DNA of 64,000 bases from assembly GCA_964584805.1 (NCBI GenBank), contig CAZPAY010000002.1, forward strand, positions 80,311-144,310. Reading direction: 5' to 3'. The DNA is from an uncultured Planctomycetales bacterium (lineage in GTDB: Bacteria > Planctomycetota > UBA1135). Shown piece by piece: positions 18,907 to 27,453 of this stretch (within the stretch, counting starts at the first letter, position 1; every line of letters starts with the position of its first letter). Made by a program: the position numbers and the translations under genes. A model generated the notes under the pieces. That model searched no databases. It saw nothing but the letters and a program-made list of their open reading frames with translations, and was not told the DNA's origin.

Positions 18907-19821
18907 ATGACTGCAAATGAACCAGTAATGGCGGGTCTTCCGCATTCTGAGCAAGATCGCTCGGAGCCTGTATTGCGCGCCGGCAACACGAATTGTGGTG
19001 GTTGCGGGATGTCAAACGGGCATCTATTCATGTCACGCGCTGCGGGCACAGAATTCAAAATTCAAATGGTAATTCCGGCTTGTTGCGGCATCGTGACGCC
19101 AGGGCAATTTCCGTTTTCCAATTACGGCGCTCCGGTTTTGGCTTCGACCTTTGGTGGAGCAGCTGCTTTTGCTTGTGGTCTCGCCGAAGTGGCCGCGCAA
19201 AACGACGACGGCACGCGCGTCGTGGTTTGGGCCGGCGATGGCGGCACCTATGACATTGGTTTCGCGACCATGTCGGCTGCGGCTGAGCGTAATGATGACA
19301 TTATGTATGTCTGTTACGACAATGAAATTTACGGCAACACGGGTGGTCAGCGGTCGTCCGCGACACCTGAGGGTGCGTCTACGACGACGACGGCAAAAGG
19401 AAAAGATGTCGGCAAAAAAGACATCATGGGCATTTTGGGTGCGCATGGTATTCCTTATGCTACGACAATTTCATTGGCCCACCCGGAAGATGCTATCCGT
19501 AAATTTAAGAAGGCTTTGGGTATGAAGGGTTTCCGATTCGTTCATATTCTTGCGCCATGCCCAACCGGCTGGAAATCTGAGCCCGGCGAGGGCATTGAGA
19601 TTGTGCGTTTGGGGATTAAGTCGGGGCTCTTCCCGATTTTCGAGATTGAAGATGGTTGGAAATACACCATCAATGTTGAGCCCGAAATGTGCGACGAGGC
19701 GCTGCAACAGTACCTCGACATGCAGGGTCGATTCCGCAAGGCCGGCGTGAGTGCTGAAAATATGCGGCCTGCAATTGACCGTTACTGGCGCCGACTTCGG
19801 ATGCTAGCCCGCGACGAATAA
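18907..19821 (+). CDS. 2-oxoacid:ferredoxin oxidoreductase beta (TPP-binding) subunit
   Basis: NCGGCGM, WAGDGGTYDIGFATMSAAAERNDDIMYVCYDNEIYGNTGGQRSSATP. Confidence 0.9.
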   Translation: MTANEPVMAGLPHSEQDRSEPVLRAGNTNCGGCGMSNGHLFMSRAAGTEFKIQMVIPACCGIVTPGQFPFSNYGAPVLASTFGGAAAFACGLAEVAAQNDDGTRVVVWAGDGGTYDIGFATMSAAAERNDDIMYVCYDNEIYGNTGGQRSSATPEGASTTTTAKGKDVGKKDIMGILGAHGIPYATTISLAHPEDAIRKFKKALGMKGFRFVHILAPCPTGWKSEPGEGIEIVRLGIKSGLFPIFEIEDGWKYTINVEPEMCDEALQQYLDMQGRFRKAGVSAENMRPAIDRYWRRLRMLARDE

Positions 19822-19833
19822 GGAGGTTTTCTT

Positions 19834-20073
19834 ATGTGTGAAAAAAATAAATCCCATTCAGTTCCTGAAACGAATGTGGAGCAAGAAGAGGTGTATTGCC
19901 AGCGATTGAAGCGACCGCTCGAAGTCAATGAGCATGGACGCTGTTTGTATTGCTACGGCGATAGTTCCGACATTTTGTCGGGTGATTATGAAATCTTTTG
20001 CGATTTCAACGCCGACGAAGACCCGATTTCGTTTGGCTTCCCGGCGGACAATATCCGCGATTTAGACGGCTAA
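19834..20073 (+). CDS. Small acidic Cys-containing protein, function unknown
   Basis: 79 aa. AGGAGG at 19821-19826 lies 7 nt upstream of the ATG. Cys residues sit at 2, 22, 37, 40 and 56. Confidence 0.55.
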   Translation: MCEKNKSHSVPETNVEQEEVYCQRLKRPLEVNEHGRCLYCYGDSSDILSGDYEIFCDFNADEDPISFGFPADNIRDLDG

Positions 20074-20092
20074 GCGGAGCGGATAGATGCGA

Positions 20093-21406
20093 TTAGGCGT
20101 TGCTGTCAAGCGGCGCCGGTAAACGCATCGTTACCCAAATCGGAATCAGCAAAATGGCAGCACTTGCGTAATAGGGCGCTTGTGAACCCAATTGCCAATA
20201 CAGCACAGCGCCCAAAAGTGGGCCGAAAGCGCGAGCGAGTGAGCCCATTGAGCGGAATGTACCCATGGCAAGACCTTGGTTTTCGACGGGCGCGTATCGC
20301 GAAACAAGTGCCGAGAGGCAGGGCATCGCAAGTGCTGAGCCGACGGCCAAGAAAGCGAGGCCTGCATAAAGTGCGCCCGATGTCTGCGCCGATGCAATCA
20401 CCGCAAGGCCAGGCACAATCGTTGCTAACCCGATGGTTGCGATTTTGCGCTCACCATATTTCGGAGCTAGTCGACGCACAAAACCGCCTTGCACAATCGC
20501 GATGATGAGGCCGACAAAAACGAAAATGCCGGTTAATTCTCTTGGGGTGTAATCAAGCCTTTCCGCTGCTAGGAAAGTGAGAGAGAATTCCGCTGCGGCA
20601 AACGCGGTTAGAAAAGTGAGATACAAAAGGTTGGTCGCCAATATGCCTGGAGCATCAAGTGTGCGCAAACGGGCAAAAGGGTTGAGGCTGCGTTGGTTTG
20701 CGCCAAGGCCGCGTTTTTCAGGGGGCAGTGTCTCTGGGAATTTAAGTGCAACCCAAATGATGTTGAGAATGCCCAGGCCAAGTGAAGCTATCGCTGGAAT
20801 GGAAAAGGGGTTTAACGCAAAAACCGAATTCGGAGCAACTCCGCTTTCGATGCCCGGCAAAAGAAAGAAACTGCTGAGCCCGCCAATTGCGGGGCCAAGG
20901 ATAAAGCCTAGACCGATGGCCATCCCGACCATGCCCATGCCTTTGGCGCGATCTTGAGGTGTGGTTGTGTCGGCAACCGCAGCCGATGCAGTTGAAATAT
21001 TCCCGGCCATCGCACCACCCAAAATGCGTGCGGCAATCAAAATCGAAAACGAGCCAGCAAACACCCAAAGCACATACGACAAGACCGTCCCGGCCAAGGT
21101 CATGAGCAAAACGGGGCGTCGGCCAATGCGGTCGCTCATTCCGCCCCAGAGGGTCGAAAAGACAAACTGCAAAATGCCATAAAGTGAACCCAAAATCCCG
21201 CCGAACAACGCGTGAACGGCCATGGAATCACCCGCGGCCATTTCTCTAAGCCATGCGGTCAATTGCCCGAGACCCGAAGCCGTGCCTTCCACAGCCAAAT
21301 AATGATCAAGCAGCGCTGGGAATAGCGGAAATAAAACGGAAAAACCCACGATGTCTAAGAACACCGTGAGGAAGACGACTCCTAACACGCGGGGAGGGTT
21401 TTTCAT
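20093..21406 (-). CDS. MFS transporter (drug:H+ antiporter/tetracycline-efflux-like)
   Basis: 12-TM pattern, GGMSDRIGRRPVLL MFS motif A. I moved the start to ATG 21406 (MKNPPRVLGVVFLTVFLD). Confidence 0.85.
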   Translation of the reverse strand: MKNPPRVLGVVFLTVFLDIVGFSVLFPLFPALLDHYLAVEGTASGLGQLTAWLREMAAGDSMAVHALFGGILGSLYGILQFVFSTLWGGMSDRIGRRPVLLMTLAGTVLSYVLWVFAGSFSILIAARILGGAMAGNISTASAAVADTTTPQDRAKGMGMVGMAIGLGFILGPAIGGLSSFFLLPGIESGVAPNSVFALNPFSIPAIASLGLGILNIIWVALKFPETLPPEKRGLGANQRSLNPFARLRTLDAPGILATNLLYLTFLTAFAAAEFSLTFLAAERLDYTPRELTGIFVFVGLIIAIVQGGFVRRLAPKYGERKIATIGLATIVPGLAVIASAQTSGALYAGLAFLAVGSALAMPCLSALVSRYAPVENQGLAMGTFRSMGSLARAFGPLLGAVLYWQLGSQAPYYASAAILLIPIWVTMRLPAPLDSNA

Positions 21407-21531
21407 TGGCGTTAGTTTAGTGGCGTGAAAAGTAAAGAGTATGTTCCAAAGGTATTTGTCATCTAACCGCTTTAGGTGGGAGGGGGTCTGCCCTATTAGG
21501 ATGTGCATTCGCCGGCGTCGGGCCCCCCGAT

Positions 21532-22170
21532 GTGGCGAAATTGGAAATGACAAGTCTTCCTGAAAAAGCTTTGAGCGCAGGTGTTGCACGCGTGCGTGAT
21601 CTTGATGTCCGGCCTACTTTGGCGCAGGGTATCGACCCGTTTACGAAAATCATGGCTGCTGCGGCTGAGCTTGACGCCGATGAGGCCTTACGCCTCATTG
21701 TGGGTTTTAAGCCAAAGCCGCTTTACCTTGTGATGCGTTCGCGTGGTTTCACAAGCAATACCGAGCAAAATGCCGACGGTGATTTTGAAGTTTTGTTTTG
21801 GAAGAAGCCTGGTGGGGGCGGTGGGTTATTCGGCAAATTGCTTGGCCGTCGTAAAGCTAAGGAAGGCGCGACAGTCGCACCGCCGTCGGCCGAGGCACGC
21901 GAGGCGATTGCTGCACGGGCGGCCGAAATGCAGCCCCCCGAATTTTTGGATGTGCGCGGCCTTGAGCCACCTGAGCCAATGATGCAGATTTTGGCCAAGC
22001 TCGATGAAATGGGGCCAACAAGTCAGCTGATGATTGATCACCACCGCGAGCCACTTTTGCTTTATGACAAGTTGAAAGAAAAAGGCTTTGCATCATCGGC
22101 AGAAGAAATCGAAGCGGGGCATTGGAAAATCCATGTCTTTCCCGCAAGTACAAAAGAGGAATCATCATGA
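21532..22170 (+). CDS. Tandem DUF2249 (TusA-fold-like) domain protein
   Basis: There are two repeats: LDVRPTLAQGIDPFTKIMAAAAELDADEALRLIVGFKPKPLY and LDVRGLEPPEPMMQILAKLDEMGPTSQLMIDHHREPLLLY. An alternative ATG is at 21547. Confidence 0.7.
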   Translation: MAKLEMTSLPEKALSAGVARVRDLDVRPTLAQGIDPFTKIMAAAAELDADEALRLIVGFKPKPLYLVMRSRGFTSNTEQNADGDFEVLFWKKPGGGGGLFGKLLGRRKAKEGATVAPPSAEAREAIAARAAEMQPPEFLDVRGLEPPEPMMQILAKLDEMGPTSQLMIDHHREPLLLYDKLKEKGFASSAEEIEAGHWKIHVFPASTKEESS

Positions 22171-23471
22171 GTAACACAGGTCTAGCCACGCAATTCGCCC
22201 CTCCCTACAAGTTGGTGAATACCCACTTTATCTTTGGCATTCTCGGCTTTGTGGTCGCGGCGTTGTTTCTGAATTACTTCTCGCCTGAATTGAGCGGGCA
22301 TTATTTGACACCGAAGTTTATTGGGCTGACGCACGCCTTCGTTTTCTTCTGGTTCTTGCCAGTTGTCTTCGGTGCGTTGCTGCAGATGTTGCCCGTTTTA
22401 TTTGAGGTGCCCGTGCGCGGTGTCAAGACGGCAGGCTTCGCGTTTGTGCTTTTGGCGATTGGTGGACCAGGTGTTTATTCGCATTTGGTAAATATGAATA
22501 CATCGGTTGGTCTTATTGCCACATCATCATTTGTTACGGTCTCTATTTTGCTTTATTGCGTGGTGTTTTTCACCACTCTCCGGCAGGCGAAAAAGATAGA
22601 TTTGACGGGGTGGCATGTCATTGCGGCACTTTCCTGTTTGGCCTTCGCCGCCATCGCAGGGCTTGTTTTAGCGTTTCATTTGCATAAACCGTTTCTGCCT
22701 TATGCGCATACGATGTTCTTGCGCGGTCATGCGCATTTGGCGGCATTTGGGTTCTTCGCATTCCTCGTTATGGGCGTTGCTTATAAGCTGACGGAAATGT
22801 TTTTGCTTGCTTACGGAGCACCGAAAACGGCAGGAAAAATATCACTCGCGTGCGGCACTTCGGGCCTGTCACTTTTGACCTTTGGGTTTTTCTGGGCAGA
22901 GCCAATGATGGGTATAACCTGGGCGGGCGACCTTGGCACAATCCTGTCGGGCTTGAGTGTGATTCTATTTGCCGTGCAAATACGCATCATTTTGAGCAAA
23001 CGCATGAAGCGCAAACTTGACGCTCCATGGCAACACACGATTGCAGCCGTCGTCTGGCTTTTGGTGGCTTTTGCACTTGCTGCAACGATGCGCTTGGGCG
23101 GGCACTCACCAGATGTCGAGCACGGTCTTGGCATTGCTTACGGCATCATTGGCCTCCTTGGTTTTGTCGGCTCCGTCATCATTGGACAGCTTTACAAAAT
23201 CGTGCCATTTTTGGTTTGGTTGCATAAATTCAGCCATCTTCTCGGCGGCGAGCGTCCTGTCAAGCCAGCTACTGAATTAATCAATAAAAAGGCCATGGAC
23301 CTTCTCTGGATGCCCTGGCATCTCGGTTTGATGTGTCTCGTTATCGGCGTGATGAGTGGCCAAGAAAATGCCGTCCGCGCGGGTAGTCTTTTGGTGTTGG
23401 CGGTTGCCGTTGGTCTCGCCTTCACTTTGTTTGGCGTTTATCGCGCCAAGCCTTACCAAGACGAATCATGA
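22167..23471 (+). CDS. 12-TM integral membrane protein with His motifs reminiscent of heme-copper oxidase subunit I (tentative)
   Basis: About 12 hydrophobic helices. THAFVFFWFLPVVFG and RGHAHLAAFGFF resemble the HCO helix motifs (HAFVMIFFMVMP / HPEVYILILPGFG, and HFH). ATGA overlap with the upstream gene. Confidence 0.6.
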   Translation: MSNTGLATQFAPPYKLVNTHFIFGILGFVVAALFLNYFSPELSGHYLTPKFIGLTHAFVFFWFLPVVFGALLQMLPVLFEVPVRGVKTAGFAFVLLAIGGPGVYSHLVNMNTSVGLIATSSFVTVSILLYCVVFFTTLRQAKKIDLTGWHVIAALSCLAFAAIAGLVLAFHLHKPFLPYAHTMFLRGHAHLAAFGFFAFLVMGVAYKLTEMFLLAYGAPKTAGKISLACGTSGLSLLTFGFFWAEPMMGITWAGDLGTILSGLSVILFAVQIRIILSKRMKRKLDAPWQHTIAAVVWLLVAFALAATMRLGGHSPDVEHGLGIAYGIIGLLGFVGSVIIGQLYKIVPFLVWLHKFSHLLGGERPVKPATELINKKAMDLLWMPWHLGLMCLVIGVMSGQENAVRAGSLLVLAVAVGLAFTLFGVYRAKPYQDES

Positions 23472-23836
23472 TTTCTCTCGACAAGCTTTCCCCGGACGAG
23501 CAGCGTTTGCTCGGGTCTCTCGAAACCGTTTTCGACCCAGAGACGGGTATTGGCGTTGTGGATATGGGCTTGATTTATGGCATCGCTCTCGATGCCGCAT
23601 CGGGTGGTTGCAAAGTCACGATGACTCTCACGACCCCTGCTTGCCCCATGGCCGACGCTCTGACCGATGGCGTCAAGCGGCGTTTGATTGCTCAAGATGG
23701 TGTCGATTCCGTTGAGGTCGACTTGACCTTTGAGCCAATGTGGTCTCCCGAAATGGTTTCCGAATCGGCCCGCACCAAGATGGGGATGGGCGGCGGCAAG
23801 CCGTCCGCTAAAGCTGACAAAGGGTTCTCGGTTTGA
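23468..23836 (+). CDS. DUF59 / MIP18-SufT-like metal-sulfur cluster assembly factor
   Basis: VFDPETGIGVVDMGLIYGI...MTLTTPACPMADAL...VEVDLTFEPMWSPEM. Confidence 0.85.
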   Translation: MISLDKLSPDEQRLLGSLETVFDPETGIGVVDMGLIYGIALDAASGGCKVTMTLTTPACPMADALTDGVKRRLIAQDGVDSVEVDLTFEPMWSPEMVSESARTKMGMGGGKPSAKADKGFSV

Positions 23837-24213
23837 GTTTTTCTGGCCTGTTGATGTTGGCGGCCGCCGGCGCGGCAGGCACTTTGGCGCGTTATGGCTT
23901 GAGCGCGCTGATGACAAGGCTGTTTGGTGCGGTATTCCCTTATGGCACGATGAGCGCCAATATGTTGGGCTGCTTGATTTTCGGCCTGGTGTGGGCGTTG
24001 GTGCGTGAGCGCGAATTACTGTCCGCCGAGACGGGCCTCGTTTTGATGGTCGGTTTTTTGGGTGCGTTTACGACATTTAGCGCATTTGCCAACGAGGGCG
24101 CCATGTTTCTTAAAAATGACCAGTGGGGGATGATGCTCGGTTATGTTTTATTAAGCAACATTTTGGGCATCGCCTGCGTATTTGGCGGCTCGTGGTTGGC
24201 TCGCTGGATTTAG
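23833..24213 (+). CDS. crcB: Fluoride ion channel CrcB/FluC
   Basis: GAAGTLARYGLS, FPYGTMSANMLGCLIFG and GFLGAFTTFSAF. The TTG start overlaps the upstream stop. Confidence 0.88.
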   Translation: MSFSGLLMLAAAGAAGTLARYGLSALMTRLFGAVFPYGTMSANMLGCLIFGLVWALVRERELLSAETGLVLMVGFLGAFTTFSAFANEGAMFLKNDQWGMMLGYVLLSNILGIACVFGGSWLARWI

Positions 24214-24231
24214 CGCACAGCCTCGCCGTAT

Positions 24232-24756
24232 TTATCCACGCAGAGGCTTCAAGCCCGATTTTTTTCGCCGCGTGTTGAGACCGTGCAACGCGCGCGGCTC
24301 TAGGGCTAAGAGTTTGACGAGCTGGCTCACGCTGACTTCAAAAGCCGTGGCTGTCTGTGAAATGTCGTCTTCGTCGAGGCGCAAGCGGTCGAGGACTTCA
24401 GCAAGGATGCCTGGGAAATCGGCGTGGGTTGGGTTGACCTTGATGCGCCCCTTGCGCAAGCGCGACCGCCATGGCTCGCTGGGCTGAAATTCGCCAGCTG
24501 AGACAAAGGCGGAATCGGCTAATGGAGTGCGGAATTCCAGGGCCAGATTGACCCTCAATCGGAAATACGCCACTTTTAAATTCTCATGCTGCGAACGCCG
24601 CTCGTTGGCCTGGGCCACCACGCCAGATGGCTCGTGGCAGAGTCGAATCGCTGTTTGGACGCGATTGCGGTGCTGGCCACCCGGCCCCGATGCGCGGGTG
24701 CGTTCGACTTTGGTTTCGCGCTCAAGTTGCTCGGCGGGCAGGGCGGCTGGATGCAT
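24232..24756 (-). CDS. GGQ-domain peptidyl-tRNA hydrolase (ArfB / release-factor-like family)
   Basis: RASGPGGQHRNRVQTAIRL. At 174 aa it has a longer C-terminal part than I expect for ArfB. Confidence 0.75.
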   Translation of the reverse strand: MHPAALPAEQLERETKVERTRASGPGGQHRNRVQTAIRLCHEPSGVVAQANERRSQHENLKVAYFRLRVNLALEFRTPLADSAFVSAGEFQPSEPWRSRLRKGRIKVNPTHADFPGILAEVLDRLRLDEDDISQTATAFEVSVSQLVKLLALEPRALHGLNTRRKKSGLKPLRG

Positions 24757-24827
24757 GGCGACATCATAAACCCGGCATGAAGAAGAAAGCGTGCGTCACA
24801 AAGCGATGCCGCCGCTATCCTAGGCGC

Positions 24828-26522
24828 ATGGAAAAAAGACTCTGGCATGATTCTTACGACGACGGCGTTGCGACCTCGCTCGATTACAACGACAACACTC
24901 TCATGGACTACCTCAACAAGTCAGTCCAGGATTACCCGGATCATGATGTGTTGAATTTCATGAATTGCAACATGAAGTATCGCGAGTTCGGCGATGCCGT
25001 CGAGCGGCTGGCCACGGCACTCTCTAAGTTGGGTGTAAAAAAGGGCACGCGCGTTGCCGTGCAGTTGCCCAACATTCCGCAGACGCCGATTTCATTTTTC
25101 GCGATTCAGCGACTCGGCGCCCATGCGGTGATGACCAATCCGCTTTATATGCCGCGCGAGATTAAGCACCAATGGAATGATTCAAACTGCGAGGTGGCCA
25201 TCGTCGCAGACTTCATTTACGATCAAAAGGTTCGCGCGCTCCGTGGCGATGTGCCGGTCAAGGAATACATCATTGCTAGCATTCCTGAATATCTGAAGTT
25301 CCCTTTGCGCCAACTTGCTCCGCTTAAGTTGAAAAAAATGGATCCGCCATCGGTCGCGAAAGTCGCGCCAGAGGCTGGTGTCCACTTCTTCCGTAAGCTG
25401 GTTGAGTCAACTGCCCCAGCTGCTCCCGCCGTCGAAACCAACATGGACGACATCGCGTGCATTCAATACACCGGCGGAACCACGGGTGTTTCTAAAGGCG
25501 CCGTCCTGACCCAGCGCAATATTTCTTATAACGCGCAGATGGTGAATGCTTGGTTTGTGAATGTGCCTTATGGTGAAGAAGTGTTGCTTTCCGCGCTTCC
25601 GTTTTTCCATATTTTTGGCCTGACCGTTTGCATGCTTTGGCCGATTTCAGTGGCGGGCAAGATGGTTTTGATGCCAAATCCGCGCGACATTCCGACGATG
25701 GTCAAGAATATCGAAAAGCACAAGGTCACGCTTTATCCTGCGCTGCCTGCGCTTTTTAATGCTGTAAACCAATTCCCAGGTATCGAAAAGCGTGATTTGA
25801 GTTCGGTGAAGTATTGCTTCTCGGGCTCGGCGCCGTTGCCGGAAGATGTGCAAGAAACATTCGAAAAACTGACGGGTGCCATCATCGTGGAGGGCTTCGG
25901 CATGACCGAAACTTCGCCAGTCGTCACAGGCAACCCGCTTTATGGCCAACGCAAGATTGGGCATATTGGCATTCCATTTCCCGATACCGATGTCAAAGTC
26001 GTTGACCCCGCCGATGCTTCGATTGAAAGGGCGGTCGGCGAAGAGGGCGAATTGATTTTGAAAGGCCCACAAGTCATGCAGGGCTATTGGAACATGCCGG
26101 AAGAAACTGCGTTGACGATTAAAGATGGCTGGCTGCACACGGGTGATTTGGTCACCATGGATGAGGGTGGTTATTTGCGTATTGTCGGTCGTTGTAAAGA
26201 CATGATTATTGCTGGCGGCTACAACATCTTCCCAGATGAGATTGATCGTGTGCTGACCGCGCACCCCAATGTCTTTGAGGCTTGCACCATTGGGGTGCCC
26301 GATGAGCGTCGCGGCGAGACCGTGAAGTCTTTCATCATTCTGAACCCTGGCGAGTCCTGCACGGAGGCAGAGCTTGACACTTACGCTCGCGCAGAATTGG
26401 CCGCGTATAAAGTGCCAAAGTCTTATGAGTTCCGCGAAGAGCTGCCTAAGAGTGCCATGATGAAACTGCTTCGTCGCGTGTTGCGCGATGAAGAAGAAGC
26501 CAAGATAAAGAAAGGCAACTAG
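24828..26522 (+). CDS. fadD: Long-chain-fatty-acid--CoA ligase
   Basis: IQYTGGTTGVSKGA, EGFGMTETS, GWLHTGD and the C-terminal YKVPK. Start set at ATG 24828 (MEKRLWHDSY). Confidence 0.9.
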   Translation: MEKRLWHDSYDDGVATSLDYNDNTLMDYLNKSVQDYPDHDVLNFMNCNMKYREFGDAVERLATALSKLGVKKGTRVAVQLPNIPQTPISFFAIQRLGAHAVMTNPLYMPREIKHQWNDSNCEVAIVADFIYDQKVRALRGDVPVKEYIIASIPEYLKFPLRQLAPLKLKKMDPPSVAKVAPEAGVHFFRKLVESTAPAAPAVETNMDDIACIQYTGGTTGVSKGAVLTQRNISYNAQMVNAWFVNVPYGEEVLLSALPFFHIFGLTVCMLWPISVAGKMVLMPNPRDIPTMVKNIEKHKVTLYPALPALFNAVNQFPGIEKRDLSSVKYCFSGSAPLPEDVQETFEKLTGAIIVEGFGMTETSPVVTGNPLYGQRKIGHIGIPFPDTDVKVVDPADASIERAVGEEGELILKGPQVMQGYWNMPEETALTIKDGWLHTGDLVTMDEGGYLRIVGRCKDMIIAGGYNIFPDEIDRVLTAHPNVFEACTIGVPDERRGETVKSFIILNPGESCTEAELDTYARAELAAYKVPKSYEFREELPKSAMMKLLRRVLRDEEEAKIKKGN

Positions 26523-26524
26523 TC

Positions 26525-27427
26525 ATGGATAGAGCTTTTACATCCCCAGATCTTTCAGGCCAAGTGGCCATTGTGACCGGCGCCAGCCGTGGCATTGGTC
26601 GTGCGATGGCTTTGGCTTTGGCTGAGTGTGGTGCATCGGTCGTTTGCGCGGCAAAAACCGAAAATTCGCGTGACACTTTGCCCGGGACGATTCATGAAAC
26701 CGTTTCGGCGATTGAATCTGCAGGCGGCAAGGCGATTGCTGTGCGCACCAACTTGCGCCACGCTGAAGACATTGAAAATATGGTTTCCATGGCCGTAGAG
26801 ACCTTTGGCGGTCTTGATATTTTGGTCAATAATGCAGGCGCACTTTGGCTGCAACCGGTTGCCAACACGAAAGCGAGTCGTTTTGATTTGCTCAATCAAG
26901 TCAATGGCCGCGCCGCCATGTTGGGCGCCATCGCCGCAATGCCGCATTTGCAAAACCGTGAAGGCCGATCGGCAGCCGCGCATATCATCACGGTTTCGCC
27001 ACCGCTTGATTTGAAAATGCTCCCGGGCAAAACTCCTTACCTCGTGAGTAAATATATGCAGTCACTCATGACGATCGGTTTGGCGGGCGAGTTGGCCGGC
27101 ACGGGCGTTTGCGCGACATCCTTATGGCCCGCGACGACGGTTGAATCACAAGCGACGATAGCTCACGGCATGGGCACGCGCGAGATTTGGCGCACGGCTG
27201 ATGTCGTATCTGACGCGATGCTTGCCATCCTTGCGAGCGACCCAGCTGAAATGAATGGCAAGTTGTTGCTCGACGAGGAAGCACTCGCGGCAGTGGGCGT
27301 AACCGATTTGACGGCTTACAACTGCACTGAAAATGGCCAACCTATGCGCATCGTGGGTGCCGAGGGGCGTGCAGCTTGGAAAATGCTGCAAGCGGGCGCG
27401 GCGCAAAAAGGCACTTCGGCAAGCTGA
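26525..27427 (+). CDS. SDR family oxidoreductase
   Basis: VAIVTGASRGIGRAMALALAECGASVV, NNAGA. It starts 2 nt after the fadD stop. Confidence 0.85.
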   Translation: MDRAFTSPDLSGQVAIVTGASRGIGRAMALALAECGASVVCAAKTENSRDTLPGTIHETVSAIESAGGKAIAVRTNLRHAEDIENMVSMAVETFGGLDILVNNAGALWLQPVANTKASRFDLLNQVNGRAAMLGAIAAMPHLQNREGRSAAAHIITVSPPLDLKMLPGKTPYLVSKYMQSLMTIGLAGELAGTGVCATSLWPATTVESQATIAHGMGTREIWRTADVVSDAMLAILASDPAEMNGKLLLDEEALAAVGVTDLTAYNCTENGQPMRIVGAEGRAAWKMLQAGAAQKGTSAS

Positions 27428-27453
27428 TTCTTCGGCCGCGATTAAAACTAAAA

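Noticed and set aside
21407-21546. I searched for a fluoride (crcB-motif) riboswitch or an FNR/NsrR-type box upstream of the DUF2249-to-crcB operon.
   Set aside because: I could not match the conserved fluoride-riboswitch core or a TTGAT-N4-ATCAA box by eye. A covariance-model scan (Rfam RF01734) would be needed to be sure.
24627-24827. A 67-codon N-terminal extension of fadD in the ORF track.
   Set aside because: The extension is Arg-rich, overlaps the GGQ-protein gene on the opposite strand, and precedes the conserved acyl-CoA synthetase N-terminus, which starts at MEKRLWHDSY.
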